In this document: one piece after another, positions 37,606 through 46,825 of the stretch
Layout of the letters: every line of letters begins with the position of its first letter
Position numbering within the stretch: position 1 is the stretch's first letter
Source of the DNA: Fidelibacterota bacterium
GTDB lineage: Bacteria; Fidelibacterota; Marinisomatia; Marinisomatales; JABMOV01
Assembly: GCA_046861395.1 (NCBI GenBank)
Contig: JBHHUC010000001.1
Span: 39,846 to 103,845, forward strand
DNA length: 64,000 nucleotides
Direction: 5' to 3'
Position numbers and translations under genes: made by a program
Notes under the pieces: model-generated
Seen by the model: the letters and a program-made list of their open reading frames with translations, nothing else
The model's database searches: none
Told to the model about the DNA's origin: nothing

Positions 37606-39702
37606 CTAGCGGTCATCACCCTCCGGTTGTGGAATTTCAAGATAAAAGATATTACCCTTTGGCTCATTAGGCTCTGACCAGACCCGGCCGCCGTGTGCAC
37701 GAGCGATTTTGGCGGCGATGGCCAACCCTAAACCCTGTCCCCGCCCCTTGTTTACCTGAAAATTCCGCTTGAAGATTTTCTCCCGTAATTCGGCGGCAAT
37801 CGTTTTACCCCAATCCGCCACAGAAAACAAGACTCTTCCCGGACGCTGTTCGACAGCAATGACAATTCGCTTACCATCGTTGGCATATTTCATCGCATTC
37901 CCAATATAGTTTCGTAATACCTCTTCGATAATTGGGTTAGCCCGGATGGTAAAATCTTCCGGAATATGATTATCGATTGTCAGGTCTCGGTGCTGGAGAG
38001 AGAACTCCTTTGCCTGCCAATAGACCCGCTCGCCGATAGGTACCGTTTCCAGGGGCAGTTCTTCATCTTTTTCCAGGCGAATGAGAGTGCTTGCATTTTT
38101 CACCATATTGATTAATTGCGCACTGGCATCACGAATGTATTTTAATTCTTCAATTTTTGGGTATTCTTCCAGGAGTAAATCACTAAAACCGAGAATCGCG
38201 CTGGCCGGATTTTTAACATCATGTGAAATGATATCTAATAATAAATCTTTGGTGGAGACGGTCTGGGCCAGTTTTTTTGAAAGCTGGCGATGTTCTTTTT
38301 CCGATTTTTCCAGCGCTTTAGTGGCCCGGATCTGTTCGGTTACATCCCGCAGCACACCCCGGAATCCAATGATTTTCCCGTTGCTGTCCATGCGCGGCGA
38401 AACGGATGATTCGGCAATGCACATTTCTCCTGTTTTGGTTTGAATTTCCCAGCGAACATTATGGAGGGCCTTTCCGGAGCGAAAAACAGTATTCACATCC
38501 TTATAGATCCGGGATGCGGCATCCGGCGACATGAAATCGCGATTGGTCATTCCCAGTAATTCCTGGCGGGAATAACCGAAAATGCGTTCCATGGCTATAT
38601 TGACAAAGGTAAATGTTCCCCTGATGTCTGTTTCAAAACACCCTTCTTCCATGTGATCGATAATATCATGGAATTTCTTATATTCTCGTGTTTCGGCTTC
38701 CAGAAAAGCCTGCTGGCGCTGACCCCGCAGAAAAAGAAAGATTACACCGCCGAAAACTATCAGGAGTAGAGACATATCAATAAAGATACTTTGGGCGGTG
38801 TTGTGGGATGCCGTAAGAATATCATCATAAGGACCTTCGGCGCAGAGCACCCAGTTTTCGTTTAAAAACGGCATGGCCACCAGGGACCGCAAGTCGATAT
38901 TACCCTTGGCGTAACGATGGATACGGCAGGAAAGCGAGTCTGTTACATCCTGAAAATAATCAAATTCACCGGGGCTGTGACAGGGCTGGCAACGGGGTCC
39001 GAGATGATAAATATTTCCTCGTACCATGTATTGTATACTGTCACATTCCGCGTTATAAAGACTTAGAATTTCGCCGGAACGGTTAACCAGAAAAAAGGAA
39101 TGGTTTGTTTCCTGCCAGCGGTTTATACAGGAGCGCGTGAATTGGCCGATGCGTATTCCCGTCACAAGATAAAACCGGGCATCATGCAATACCATTGGTT
39201 TAATTAACAGAACAAGAGATTCACCGTTTTTTGCAAACAAACGGGACGATACATACCCGTATTCAGGAATGGCGGCCGTATCAAGAATCACTTTAATGTT
39301 GCGATCGTCAACCGCGATTTGCTCCGGTCCGGGTGAAATATGGAGCCGATTGAAATGGTCGTCGTAGAGTGCCGAAAAAGCCAGCGCTTCCTTTTCCGTG
39401 GCCGCCAGAAAATCAAACTGTTCCAAGGTATGATCAACACCAAACTTTTGAAAATGACGATCAAGCTGTTCAAGTGTTGTGGAAAAAGCAGCCATTAGAT
39501 ATTGATAATTCACGGTAAAGGTGTGAACCAGTAGCCGTTGATCCGTTTTGTAATTGTGGATTAGGCCCAGCTTATATTTTTTGAACTCATGAATTTCATG
39601 GCTAAGAATGGCCAGCAAAAGAATAAAGGCGAGAATAAAATAACCGACTTGTCGAGAAATGGAAAGTTTCATCCTGTGAAACATTTTTCGATAACGCACC
39701 AA
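37606..39702 (-). CDS. PAS-domain sensor histidine kinase with a large extracytoplasmic sensor domain (no adjacent response regulator)
   Basis: 698 aa with two TM segments flanking a ~270-aa periplasmic region and a PAS domain (FETDIRGTFTFVNIAMERIFGYSRQELLG). The H-box is IISHDVKNPASAI and the ATPase boxes are NAMKYA and GRGQGLGLAIAAKIARAHGG. The start could be the internal MKLSISRQ. Confidence 0.85.
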   Translation of the reverse strand: MVRYRKMFHRMKLSISRQVGYFILAFILLLAILSHEIHEFKKYKLGLIHNYKTDQRLLVHTFTVNYQYLMAAFSTTLEQLDRHFQKFGVDHTLEQFDFLAATEKEALAFSALYDDHFNRLHISPGPEQIAVDDRNIKVILDTAAIPEYGYVSSRLFAKNGESLVLLIKPMVLHDARFYLVTGIRIGQFTRSCINRWQETNHSFFLVNRSGEILSLYNAECDSIQYMVRGNIYHLGPRCQPCHSPGEFDYFQDVTDSLSCRIHRYAKGNIDLRSLVAMPFLNENWVLCAEGPYDDILTASHNTAQSIFIDMSLLLIVFGGVIFLFLRGQRQQAFLEAETREYKKFHDIIDHMEEGCFETDIRGTFTFVNIAMERIFGYSRQELLGMTNRDFMSPDAASRIYKDVNTVFRSGKALHNVRWEIQTKTGEMCIAESSVSPRMDSNGKIIGFRGVLRDVTEQIRATKALEKSEKEHRQLSKKLAQTVSTKDLLLDIISHDVKNPASAILGFSDLLLEEYPKIEELKYIRDASAQLINMVKNASTLIRLEKDEELPLETVPIGERVYWQAKEFSLQHRDLTIDNHIPEDFTIRANPIIEEVLRNYIGNAMKYANDGKRIVIAVEQRPGRVLFSVADWGKTIAAELREKIFKRNFQVNKGRGQGLGLAIAAKIARAHGGRVWSEPNEPKGNIFYLEIPQPEGDDR

Positions 39703-39888
39703 CAGACAATAACGTGTTTAACAAGCCCCATATGATTCCCCTTACTGCTGCATGTTTAGATAAATTTATCGCGAATGGCATACAAAACAAAAGTCAAAAA
39801 AGTTTGAAGAACAGATTGGGCCCTCTTCCCGTTGCGCCCATAATGCGCGAACGGTAAATTGTTAACCGTATTTCAGGAAAGGGCAACC

Positions 39889-41241
39889 ATGCAACAACGA
39901 ATTTGTGGCTTAATTTCATTCTTATTTCTCATGTCATGTGCACCATACCCGGAGCCGCTCCCGGCACCAATACAACCGGTTGCTGATCAAAAAGGATCGG
40001 AAATCTTATCCCGGGGGATGGCAGACAGTACTGGGTTTGCCCGGCTAGCAACCTTGTGCGATACCTTCGGTCATCGTTTGAGCGGGTCGCAAAACCTAGA
40101 AGCCGCCATCGACTGGGTGGTGAGGGAAATGAAAAAAGACGGTTTTACTGCCGTACGCACCGAACCGGTCATGGTGCCCCACTGGGTCCGCGGCAAAGAA
40201 TCGCTGACCATGATAGTCCCCTGGACGGAATCTCTGGACATCCTGGGATTGGGTGGCAGCATCGCCACACCGCCGGACGGAATAACTGCTTCGGTTATGG
40301 TGGTAAGCGATTTTGATGAACTGGAACGACGTCAAACTGAGGCCAGGGGAAAAATCGTCGTTTTTGATGCGCCTTTTACCACTTACGGTGAAACGGTACG
40401 ATATCGTTACCGGGGAGCCATCGAAGCGGCCCGCTATGGTGCCGTCGCCAGTCTGATCCGGTCCGTCACACCCTTTTCTATGAATACACCCCATACCGGG
40501 GGAATGGCCTATGCCGACACCATTCCTCCCATTCCCCATGCCGCCATTACCATTGAAGCAGCCGAAATGCTGCACCGAATGACTCGTCGGGGCCAGGTTC
40601 CCGAATTAAACCTGAAAATGGAAGCAAAAACATTACCGGATGCTGAATCCCGGAATATTATCGTGGAAATACCCGGGAGTGAAAAACCGGAAGAGATTAT
40701 TGTGATGGGCGGCCATATTGATTCCTGGGATGTGGGCCAGGGCGCCATGGATGATGCCGGCGGCTGTGTCGCAAGTTGGGAAGCGCTGCGTCTCATCAAA
40801 AATCTGGGACTGAAACCGAAGCGGACCATTCGCGTTGTTTTCTGGACGAACGAAGAAAACGGGCTGCGGGGCGGAAAGACGTATTATGAAAATCACAAGA
40901 ATGAAAACCATGTGATGGCGATTGAATCAGACGGAGGCGTTTTTGCTCCCCGGGGATTTGGTTTTTCGGGACCGGATACGTTGCGGAATAAATTGAAGGA
41001 AATTGCCCGGGGATTGAAGGTTATCGGGGCTGACAGTATTTTTGCTCAGGGCGGCGGAGCCGATATTTCTCCCCTCATGGGAGCCGGGGTTCCCGGCATG
41101 GGACTGAAGGTTGAAGACTCAACCTATTTCTGGTATCATCACACCCGGGCCGATATGATTACGGTGCTTAACCGGGACGATTTCAACCGGTGCGTCGTAG
41201 CCCTGGCTTATATGGTATATAGCATTTCTGAAATGGAATAA
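39889..41241 (+). CDS. M28-family aminopeptidase/carboxypeptidase lipoprotein
   Basis: I moved the start to the ATG at 39889 (MQQRICGLISFLFLMSC lipobox, GGAAAGGG RBS upstream). The ORF-track TTG at 39859 is less likely. M28 motifs are GGHIDSWDVGQGAMDDAGG and WTNEENGLRGG. Confidence 0.8.
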   Translation: MQQRICGLISFLFLMSCAPYPEPLPAPIQPVADQKGSEILSRGMADSTGFARLATLCDTFGHRLSGSQNLEAAIDWVVREMKKDGFTAVRTEPVMVPHWVRGKESLTMIVPWTESLDILGLGGSIATPPDGITASVMVVSDFDELERRQTEARGKIVVFDAPFTTYGETVRYRYRGAIEAARYGAVASLIRSVTPFSMNTPHTGGMAYADTIPPIPHAAITIEAAEMLHRMTRRGQVPELNLKMEAKTLPDAESRNIIVEIPGSEKPEEIIVMGGHIDSWDVGQGAMDDAGGCVASWEALRLIKNLGLKPKRTIRVVFWTNEENGLRGGKTYYENHKNENHVMAIESDGGVFAPRGFGFSGPDTLRNKLKEIARGLKVIGADSIFAQGGGADISPLMGAGVPGMGLKVEDSTYFWYHHTRADMITVLNRDDFNRCVVALAYMVYSISEME

Positions 41242-41272
41242 AGGACAATTTGCGACGAACGATTATAAAACG

Positions 41273-42730
41273 CTAGTTTGCGTTTTCCGTAACATTTCTT
41301 ATCAGTTGAACATAAAAACCGATCAACTGGGCGTAATTTTCTTTCGTGATATATTCATTAATACCATGCATGCCGTCCAGCTGTCCCGGTGCAAATTGAA
41401 GGGGCAGAAAGCGATAAATCTGGTCCGACATACCCGCGTAATATTTCGTATCCGTACCACCCACCGTTAAATAGGGACTGACAATGACATCGGGAAAGGT
41501 TCGCCGGATGCTGGTGGCAATAGCATCATATTGCGGTGAATGATAATTGCTGACGACGGAAGGTTCATTTTGAAATGTCCCCACCGGCTTTACAGAAACA
41601 TCGGGATTATCAATGACTTTTTCCACATGACGGATGACATCGGCCGTGGTATCGCCGGGTTTGAGACGGAAATTGATCACTGCGGTTGCTTTCTGGGGCA
41701 ATTGATTATCCTTGACACCGGCATGAAACATGGTGGGGGCCGTGGTTGTCCGGATCAAGGCATTGGATTTCGGCGAAGCGGCCAACTGGCCTTCGATGAT
41801 TCCACCGAAAGCCCAGAGATTGGAAAAAAGAAGATTAAAGGGGAAATGCGATTCCGGTGCCAGCGTGATCAACATTTCCCGAATGGGACCCTCCAACGAA
41901 CCGGGCATGGGATGATCACTGACGGCTGCGACCGCCTTGCTTAAAACGGTAATAGCTGTTTCCGGAGGGGGCATGCTGGAATGCCCACCCGTACCTGTTG
42001 CGGATAATTCCAGACTGACGTACCCCTTTTCGGCAATCCCCACCAAGGCGACGGGAGCGGAAATACCCGGAACGCCTTCCGTTACAATCGCACCGCCTTC
42101 ATCCAGAATAAGCCAGGGTGTTATCTGGCGTTGCTTCAATACATCGGCAATCCGGGCCGCGCCGGCATGTCCGGAAATTTCCTCATCATGGCCAAAGGCC
42201 AGCAGAATTGTCCGTTCCGGCTGGTATCCTTGCCCTAATAAATATTCCACAGCCTCCAGGATGCCCAACAGGGCCGATTTATTATCCACGGCGCCGCGGC
42301 CAAACAATACATCATTTACGATTTTACCCTGAAACGGGTCGTGGTCCCAGCGGCTCTGATCCGAATTATCGGCCGGAACAACATCGGAATGAGCCATGAG
42401 CAATAGGGGCGGAAGATCAGAGCGGCGTCCCGACCAAGTGTATAGCAGGCTGAATTGATTAATGGTTTCACGGTTCAGATTCCGGTGGACCCGGGGAAAA
42501 TGTTCAACCAGAAACCGGTGGAATGTTAAAAATGCTTCTGCCTCGGTGGCAGCCGTATCCGACCAGGAAACGGTGGGGATACTCAACGCCCCAGCCAGAC
42601 GCTGCAGTGCCATATCACCGGGAGGACCTTGCGGTGGAATCAATTCTGTTTGGATTTGTCGTGAAGGCCCGGCGCATCCAATCAGGATGAAAACAATCGT
42701 TGTCAGGATTTTTTTCATGTTATTCCTCAA
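41273..42730 (-). CDS. M20-family metallopeptidase (ArgE/DapE/CPG2-like), secreted
   Basis: 485 aa with a lipoprotein-like signal (LIGCAG). M20 motifs are MAHSDVVP, GRGAVDNKS and FGHDEEISG. Confidence 0.8.
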   Translation of the reverse strand: MRNNMKKILTTIVFILIGCAGPSRQIQTELIPPQGPPGDMALQRLAGALSIPTVSWSDTAATEAEAFLTFHRFLVEHFPRVHRNLNRETINQFSLLYTWSGRRSDLPPLLLMAHSDVVPADNSDQSRWDHDPFQGKIVNDVLFGRGAVDNKSALLGILEAVEYLLGQGYQPERTILLAFGHDEEISGHAGAARIADVLKQRQITPWLILDEGGAIVTEGVPGISAPVALVGIAEKGYVSLELSATGTGGHSSMPPPETAITVLSKAVAAVSDHPMPGSLEGPIREMLITLAPESHFPFNLLFSNLWAFGGIIEGQLAASPKSNALIRTTTAPTMFHAGVKDNQLPQKATAVINFRLKPGDTTADVIRHVEKVIDNPDVSVKPVGTFQNEPSVVSNYHSPQYDAIATSIRRTFPDVIVSPYLTVGGTDTKYYAGMSDQIYRFLPLQFAPGQLDGMHGINEYITKENYAQLIGFYVQLIRNVTENAN

Positions 42731-43736
42731 TAATCAAAGGTTCGGGTTCCAGTATAATGCCGAAACGATCTTCAACGGAACGCTGTATTTCCTGGGCCAG
42801 GGCCCAGATTTCGGCCCCGGTGGCACCACCGAAATTCACTAGAATTAAAGCATGCTTGTCGTAAACACCGCAATGTTTGCGACGAACGCCTTTCCAGCCA
42901 CATTTTTCCACCAGCCAGGCTGCCGGAACCTTTACCTTGCCCGGTTCATCGGGATAAAAAGGGATTGTCGGATAATCGGATTTTAGCCTATCAACCGTTT
43001 CTGCGGGTACGACAGGATTGCGGAAGAAACTGCCGGCATTGCCCAGTTGTTCGGGATCGGGAAGTTTACTGCGGCGGATATCCCGGATAATGGCCGAAAT
43101 CTCTTCCGGAGCAGGATTGGTGAGATGGTGGTGGTCCAATACGCGCCGCAGGGCAGGATAGGCGATATTCGGTTTGGGAGTGCGGGAAAGGGAAAAGATA
43201 ACAGACGTAATTAGAAAACGAGATTCTTCTTTAAACCGGCTGGTGCGGTAACCGAAGCGACAATCGTCACGGGTGAAAATATGTTTCGTTCCCCGTTTCA
43301 GGTCCAGCGCTTCCAGCGAGACAAAAACATCTGCTAGTTCGACACCATAGGCTCCAATGTTCTGAACTGGCGCTGCCCCCACCGTGCCAGGAATCAGTAC
43401 CAGGTTTTCTAAACCATACCAGCCCCTGGAAAGGGTGTATTCCACCAGCGCGTTCCAGCCGAAACCAGCACCCACGGAAAGGGTAACGGTATCCGGAGAT
43501 TGATTGCGAACAACACACTCCTTAAATACAGGATGAAGAACCAGGCCGCGCCAGGAAGATACAAATAGGATGTTACTTCCACCGCCCAGGACAAGACGGG
43601 GTATATCGGGGTCCGGCAATGATGATAATATACGGTCCAGGTCATCGGGCCGGCGCAATTCGGCGAAGTATCGCGCCCGGGAAGGAACAGCAAAACTGGT
43701 ATGGCGGGTCAGGTCTTTATACTCTTCGACGTTCAT
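42720..43736 (-). CDS. murB: UDP-N-acetylenolpyruvoylglucosamine reductase
   Basis: 338 aa with FAD-binding GGGSNILF, NIGAYGVE and GNAGSFFRNP, of the E. coli-type (type I) length. Confidence 0.88.
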   Translation of the reverse strand: MNVEEYKDLTRHTSFAVPSRARYFAELRRPDDLDRILSSLPDPDIPRLVLGGGSNILFVSSWRGLVLHPVFKECVVRNQSPDTVTLSVGAGFGWNALVEYTLSRGWYGLENLVLIPGTVGAAPVQNIGAYGVELADVFVSLEALDLKRGTKHIFTRDDCRFGYRTSRFKEESRFLITSVIFSLSRTPKPNIAYPALRRVLDHHHLTNPAPEEISAIIRDIRRSKLPDPEQLGNAGSFFRNPVVPAETVDRLKSDYPTIPFYPDEPGKVKVPAAWLVEKCGWKGVRRKHCGVYDKHALILVNFGGATGAEIWALAQEIQRSVEDRFGIILEPEPLIIEE

Positions 43737-43846
43737 TCTGGTATGTCTCCGGGGGAGAATTTGCCGAATTATTCCGTAAGAACAAAAGGCCGGTTTGGTT
43801 CTTTTCCTATCCCGGCTGTACCTTCTTCCACATTATGAGGAGCCTA

Positions 43847-44938
43847 ATGAAAAAATTACAGCATTTTCTTCTTCCTTTTTTGGTCATATTCCTGTCCTGC
43901 GACCCCCTCGTTACCGAGTTTGGAGACATAGAGGACGCCATCATGTATGAGGCCAAAACGATTGTAGACACGCCGGCAAAAGACACGATCGACGTAATGA
44001 CCTGGAATATTCGTTTCGGGGCGGCCCGAATGCCCTGGTTCGGTGATGCCTGTGGGGACCGGGTGATTCTTAGCGACGATGAAGTGCTGACAAATCTGGA
44101 AAATATCGCCAATTATCTGACGGAAACCGACCCTGATATTGTATTTCTGCAGGAAGTGGACCGGGAGAGTAAACGTACTGCCTACCGGGACGAAGCCCAG
44201 TGGTTATTGGATCATACGCCCTTTAATTATGCGGCCTATGCCTCCATCTGGCAGTCGCAGTTTATTCCCAGTGACGGCCTGGGACGAATGGATCTGGGGA
44301 ATGTCATTTTAAGTAAATGGCCGATTAAGGATGCGATTCGCCACCCCCTGCCCTTACGTGGGGACCAGGATGCCCTGGTTCAACTGTTTTACCTGCGGCG
44401 GAATATCCTGGAGGCGAAAATTGAAATGGGCGCGACGACATTTTACGCAGTAAATATCCATGCCACGGCCTTTGCGACCGACGATACCAAACAAAAACAT
44501 ATCCGGCAATATAAAGAATTGCTGGATCGCATCGATGCCGAAGGCGCCGCTTTCATATCCGGCGGGGATCTGAATTCCCTGCCCACGACGGCTGTGAAAA
44601 CAGATTATTGTCTGGAAGACATGTGTGCCGGAGAATCGTTTCATCAACCCGGCGACGATCCGGAACATAAAGAAGGCAGCCTGTTCAGCGGCCAGGACCT
44701 CAGCCCGCTCTATGACAGTGATTATGAACCGGCGGTTCCCCTGGCGGATTACACCGCTGACGAAGCCGCCTATTTCACACATACACCGGATTATGACAAT
44801 CCAGATGGTTTTGACCGGAAACTGGATTATCTCTGGACAAATCGCCATTGGGTTCCCGGGTCCGACCGAACCCACCGGGCGGCCAAATCGTATAGCGACC
44901 ATCTACCGGTCACAGCCCGCTGGGAGGTGGGACAATGA
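43847..44938 (+). CDS. Endonuclease/exonuclease/phosphatase (EEP) family lipoprotein
   Basis: The long ORF (43619) overlaps murB. The plausible start is ATG 43847 (MKKLQHFLLPFLVIFLSC lipobox, GAGGAG upstream) or ATG 43835. EEP motifs are VMTWNIRFG, VFLQEVD, GGDLNS and SDHLPV. Confidence 0.75.
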   Translation: MKKLQHFLLPFLVIFLSCDPLVTEFGDIEDAIMYEAKTIVDTPAKDTIDVMTWNIRFGAARMPWFGDACGDRVILSDDEVLTNLENIANYLTETDPDIVFLQEVDRESKRTAYRDEAQWLLDHTPFNYAAYASIWQSQFIPSDGLGRMDLGNVILSKWPIKDAIRHPLPLRGDQDALVQLFYLRRNILEAKIEMGATTFYAVNIHATAFATDDTKQKHIRQYKELLDRIDAEGAAFISGGDLNSLPTTAVKTDYCLEDMCAGESFHQPGDDPEHKEGSLFSGQDLSPLYDSDYEPAVPLADYTADEAAYFTHTPDYDNPDGFDRKLDYLWTNRHWVPGSDRTHRAAKSYSDHLPVTARWEVGQ

Positions 44939-45750
44939 GAAAAATCATCTTCCTTTCCTGTCTCTTTGTTTTCCTGTCCGCCAAGGAAATTGCTCAGCCC
45001 TGGTCCACCGGATCAGCCTATGTCACCCCTCACCATCGTTGGGAAATCGGTTTATTCCAGCCCCTGAAATATGGTCTGGCTCCCGGCCTGGAGGTGGCAA
45101 CCCATCCGCTGGCAATGGCGGTCATCCCTAATTTGACCATAAAACGAACGCTGAATCTGCCGGCCACGGGTGTCTGGGCCACCGTTCATTCCCTGACCTA
45201 TCCTACGCCCTTGATGAATATGCTGGCGCGGGAAGGAACCGGGGGACTGGTTTCACCGGAGTTTGAATTTCCGGCCGCCGTTATTTTCTATAATGAAATT
45301 CGTGTATCGCGAACGATAAAGAAAAATATTCTCATGACCAGCAAGGTCGGATTGGCGCTGGGAAAAACCTTCGGCGATCTGGACAACAGAACCACCATCG
45401 ACTTCCCGCTGATATTTCAACGGCTTTCTCCTCTGTATGATGGAGCTTATCTTCGCATTGGCGCCGACCTGGAATTTAAAAAGCTGAATATCTTCGGCTG
45501 GCACCTCTCCGATCGCTGGCAACTTTTACTGGATGACGATTTATTTCTCATTGCCGGGAAAGAGCACCGCATCGGGCTGGAGCACAAGGGGTTGTTGATC
45601 TGGAATAAAACGGAAAAATTCCGCTTTACCGTAGGGTATAAAATCGTTTTCGGTCAATATCCCTTCGGCACCCAGTGGAATATCATGCCGCCCCATATCC
45701 AGCTTCTGCCGGTGTGGCTGCCCCTGTTTGATATTCAATGGGCCTGGTAG
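44935..45750 (+). CDS. Hypothetical outer-membrane beta-barrel-like protein
   Basis: 271 aa with a signal peptide (MRKIIFLSCLFVFLSA), alternating amphipathic strands and an aromatic C-terminus (IQWAW). An ATGA overlap links it to the EEP gene. Confidence 0.55.
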   Translation: MRKIIFLSCLFVFLSAKEIAQPWSTGSAYVTPHHRWEIGLFQPLKYGLAPGLEVATHPLAMAVIPNLTIKRTLNLPATGVWATVHSLTYPTPLMNMLAREGTGGLVSPEFEFPAAVIFYNEIRVSRTIKKNILMTSKVGLALGKTFGDLDNRTTIDFPLIFQRLSPLYDGAYLRIGADLEFKKLNIFGWHLSDRWQLLLDDDLFLIAGKEHRIGLEHKGLLIWNKTEKFRFTVGYKIVFGQYPFGTQWNIMPPHIQLLPVWLPLFDIQWAW

Positions 45751-45754
45751 GGTG

Positions 45755-46825
45755 CTACAGCACCAACGTAAACGTCAGACGGTTTACCATGTTCAGGATG
45801 CCCATGTCCGACACGGAATAGTCGACATGTAAATCATAGGGTATCAAGGGGAAGTTCTTACTGGATAGGCCGACACCCCAGGATAACCGTGGTACATACC
45901 CCTTTTCAGTTGTGAGTGCATCATAGATCGCTTCATCGGCCAGGGATTCGTCAAAGCGCAGGAATTGATATGTTTGGCCAATCCGGATGAAAATCAGATC
46001 CATGACCGCCACCTCCGTGGCAATGACGTAATAGGGATTGAAATCCCGCGGATCAATGTATTCCACATTGAGGACGGCGGTGGCCGGTCCGGGATTCACA
46101 ACGCCCTTTTCCCCCAATAATTGCATGGATAAACCGAACCGGAAAACCATGGGCAGAGGCCAGTCCTTGGTATCCAACCGGCCGTTGACCTGAGGATTGG
46201 CTCCCAGATCGGGGTCCACGTCCACATCAATGAGCTGGTCGGTTCCGAACAGGCGCATTTTAGAGCCGAAATTGGACAGGGACATACCGATTTTCAGACC
46301 ATGAAACCCGGTGAGATACTGCGATCCGGCATCCATGGCAATGGCCGAAGCCGAAGAAAACGATATGGTTTCACGGATGTATTTTCCCTGGATTCCGAAC
46401 ACGAAATGATCACTGACCCTCCGGGCAAAACCCAGACTCAGGGCCAGGTCGGAGGATGTAATTTTCCGTCCCGTGCCATCCGGATCGGCCAGCGTCGTTT
46501 CTTTAATTTCTCCCATGGTCAGGTAACTGATACTCAACCCCAGCTTGCCAAACCCGGCGGGAAACACGGCCGCGAAGAATTGATGCTGCACATCAAAAAT
46601 CCAGTCCGTGGAATTGAATTGAATTTCCGGTTTATCAATCATACCCATGCCGGCCGGATTCCAGTACAGCGCGGAAGCATCTTCAACCTGAGCCGAATAG
46701 GCGCCGCCCAGAGCCGAACCCCGGGCGCCCACGTTTATTTTCAGGAAATTGGCAGCGGATGTGCCCACATTGTCAAATTGTCCCCAAAGGACACTGATGA
46801 GGATGATGTATAATATTTTCTTCAT
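45755..46825 (-). CDS. PorV/PorQ-family outer-membrane protein (T9SS-associated beta-barrel)
   Basis: 356 aa with a signal peptide. The family-typical N-terminus is GTSAANFLKINVGARGSALGGAYSAQVEDASALYWNPAGMG. Confidence 0.7.
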   Translation of the reverse strand: MKKILYIILISVLWGQFDNVGTSAANFLKINVGARGSALGGAYSAQVEDASALYWNPAGMGMIDKPEIQFNSTDWIFDVQHQFFAAVFPAGFGKLGLSISYLTMGEIKETTLADPDGTGRKITSSDLALSLGFARRVSDHFVFGIQGKYIRETISFSSASAIAMDAGSQYLTGFHGLKIGMSLSNFGSKMRLFGTDQLIDVDVDPDLGANPQVNGRLDTKDWPLPMVFRFGLSMQLLGEKGVVNPGPATAVLNVEYIDPRDFNPYYVIATEVAVMDLIFIRIGQTYQFLRFDESLADEAIYDALTTEKGYVPRLSWGVGLSSKNFPLIPYDLHVDYSVSDMGILNMVNRLTFTLVL

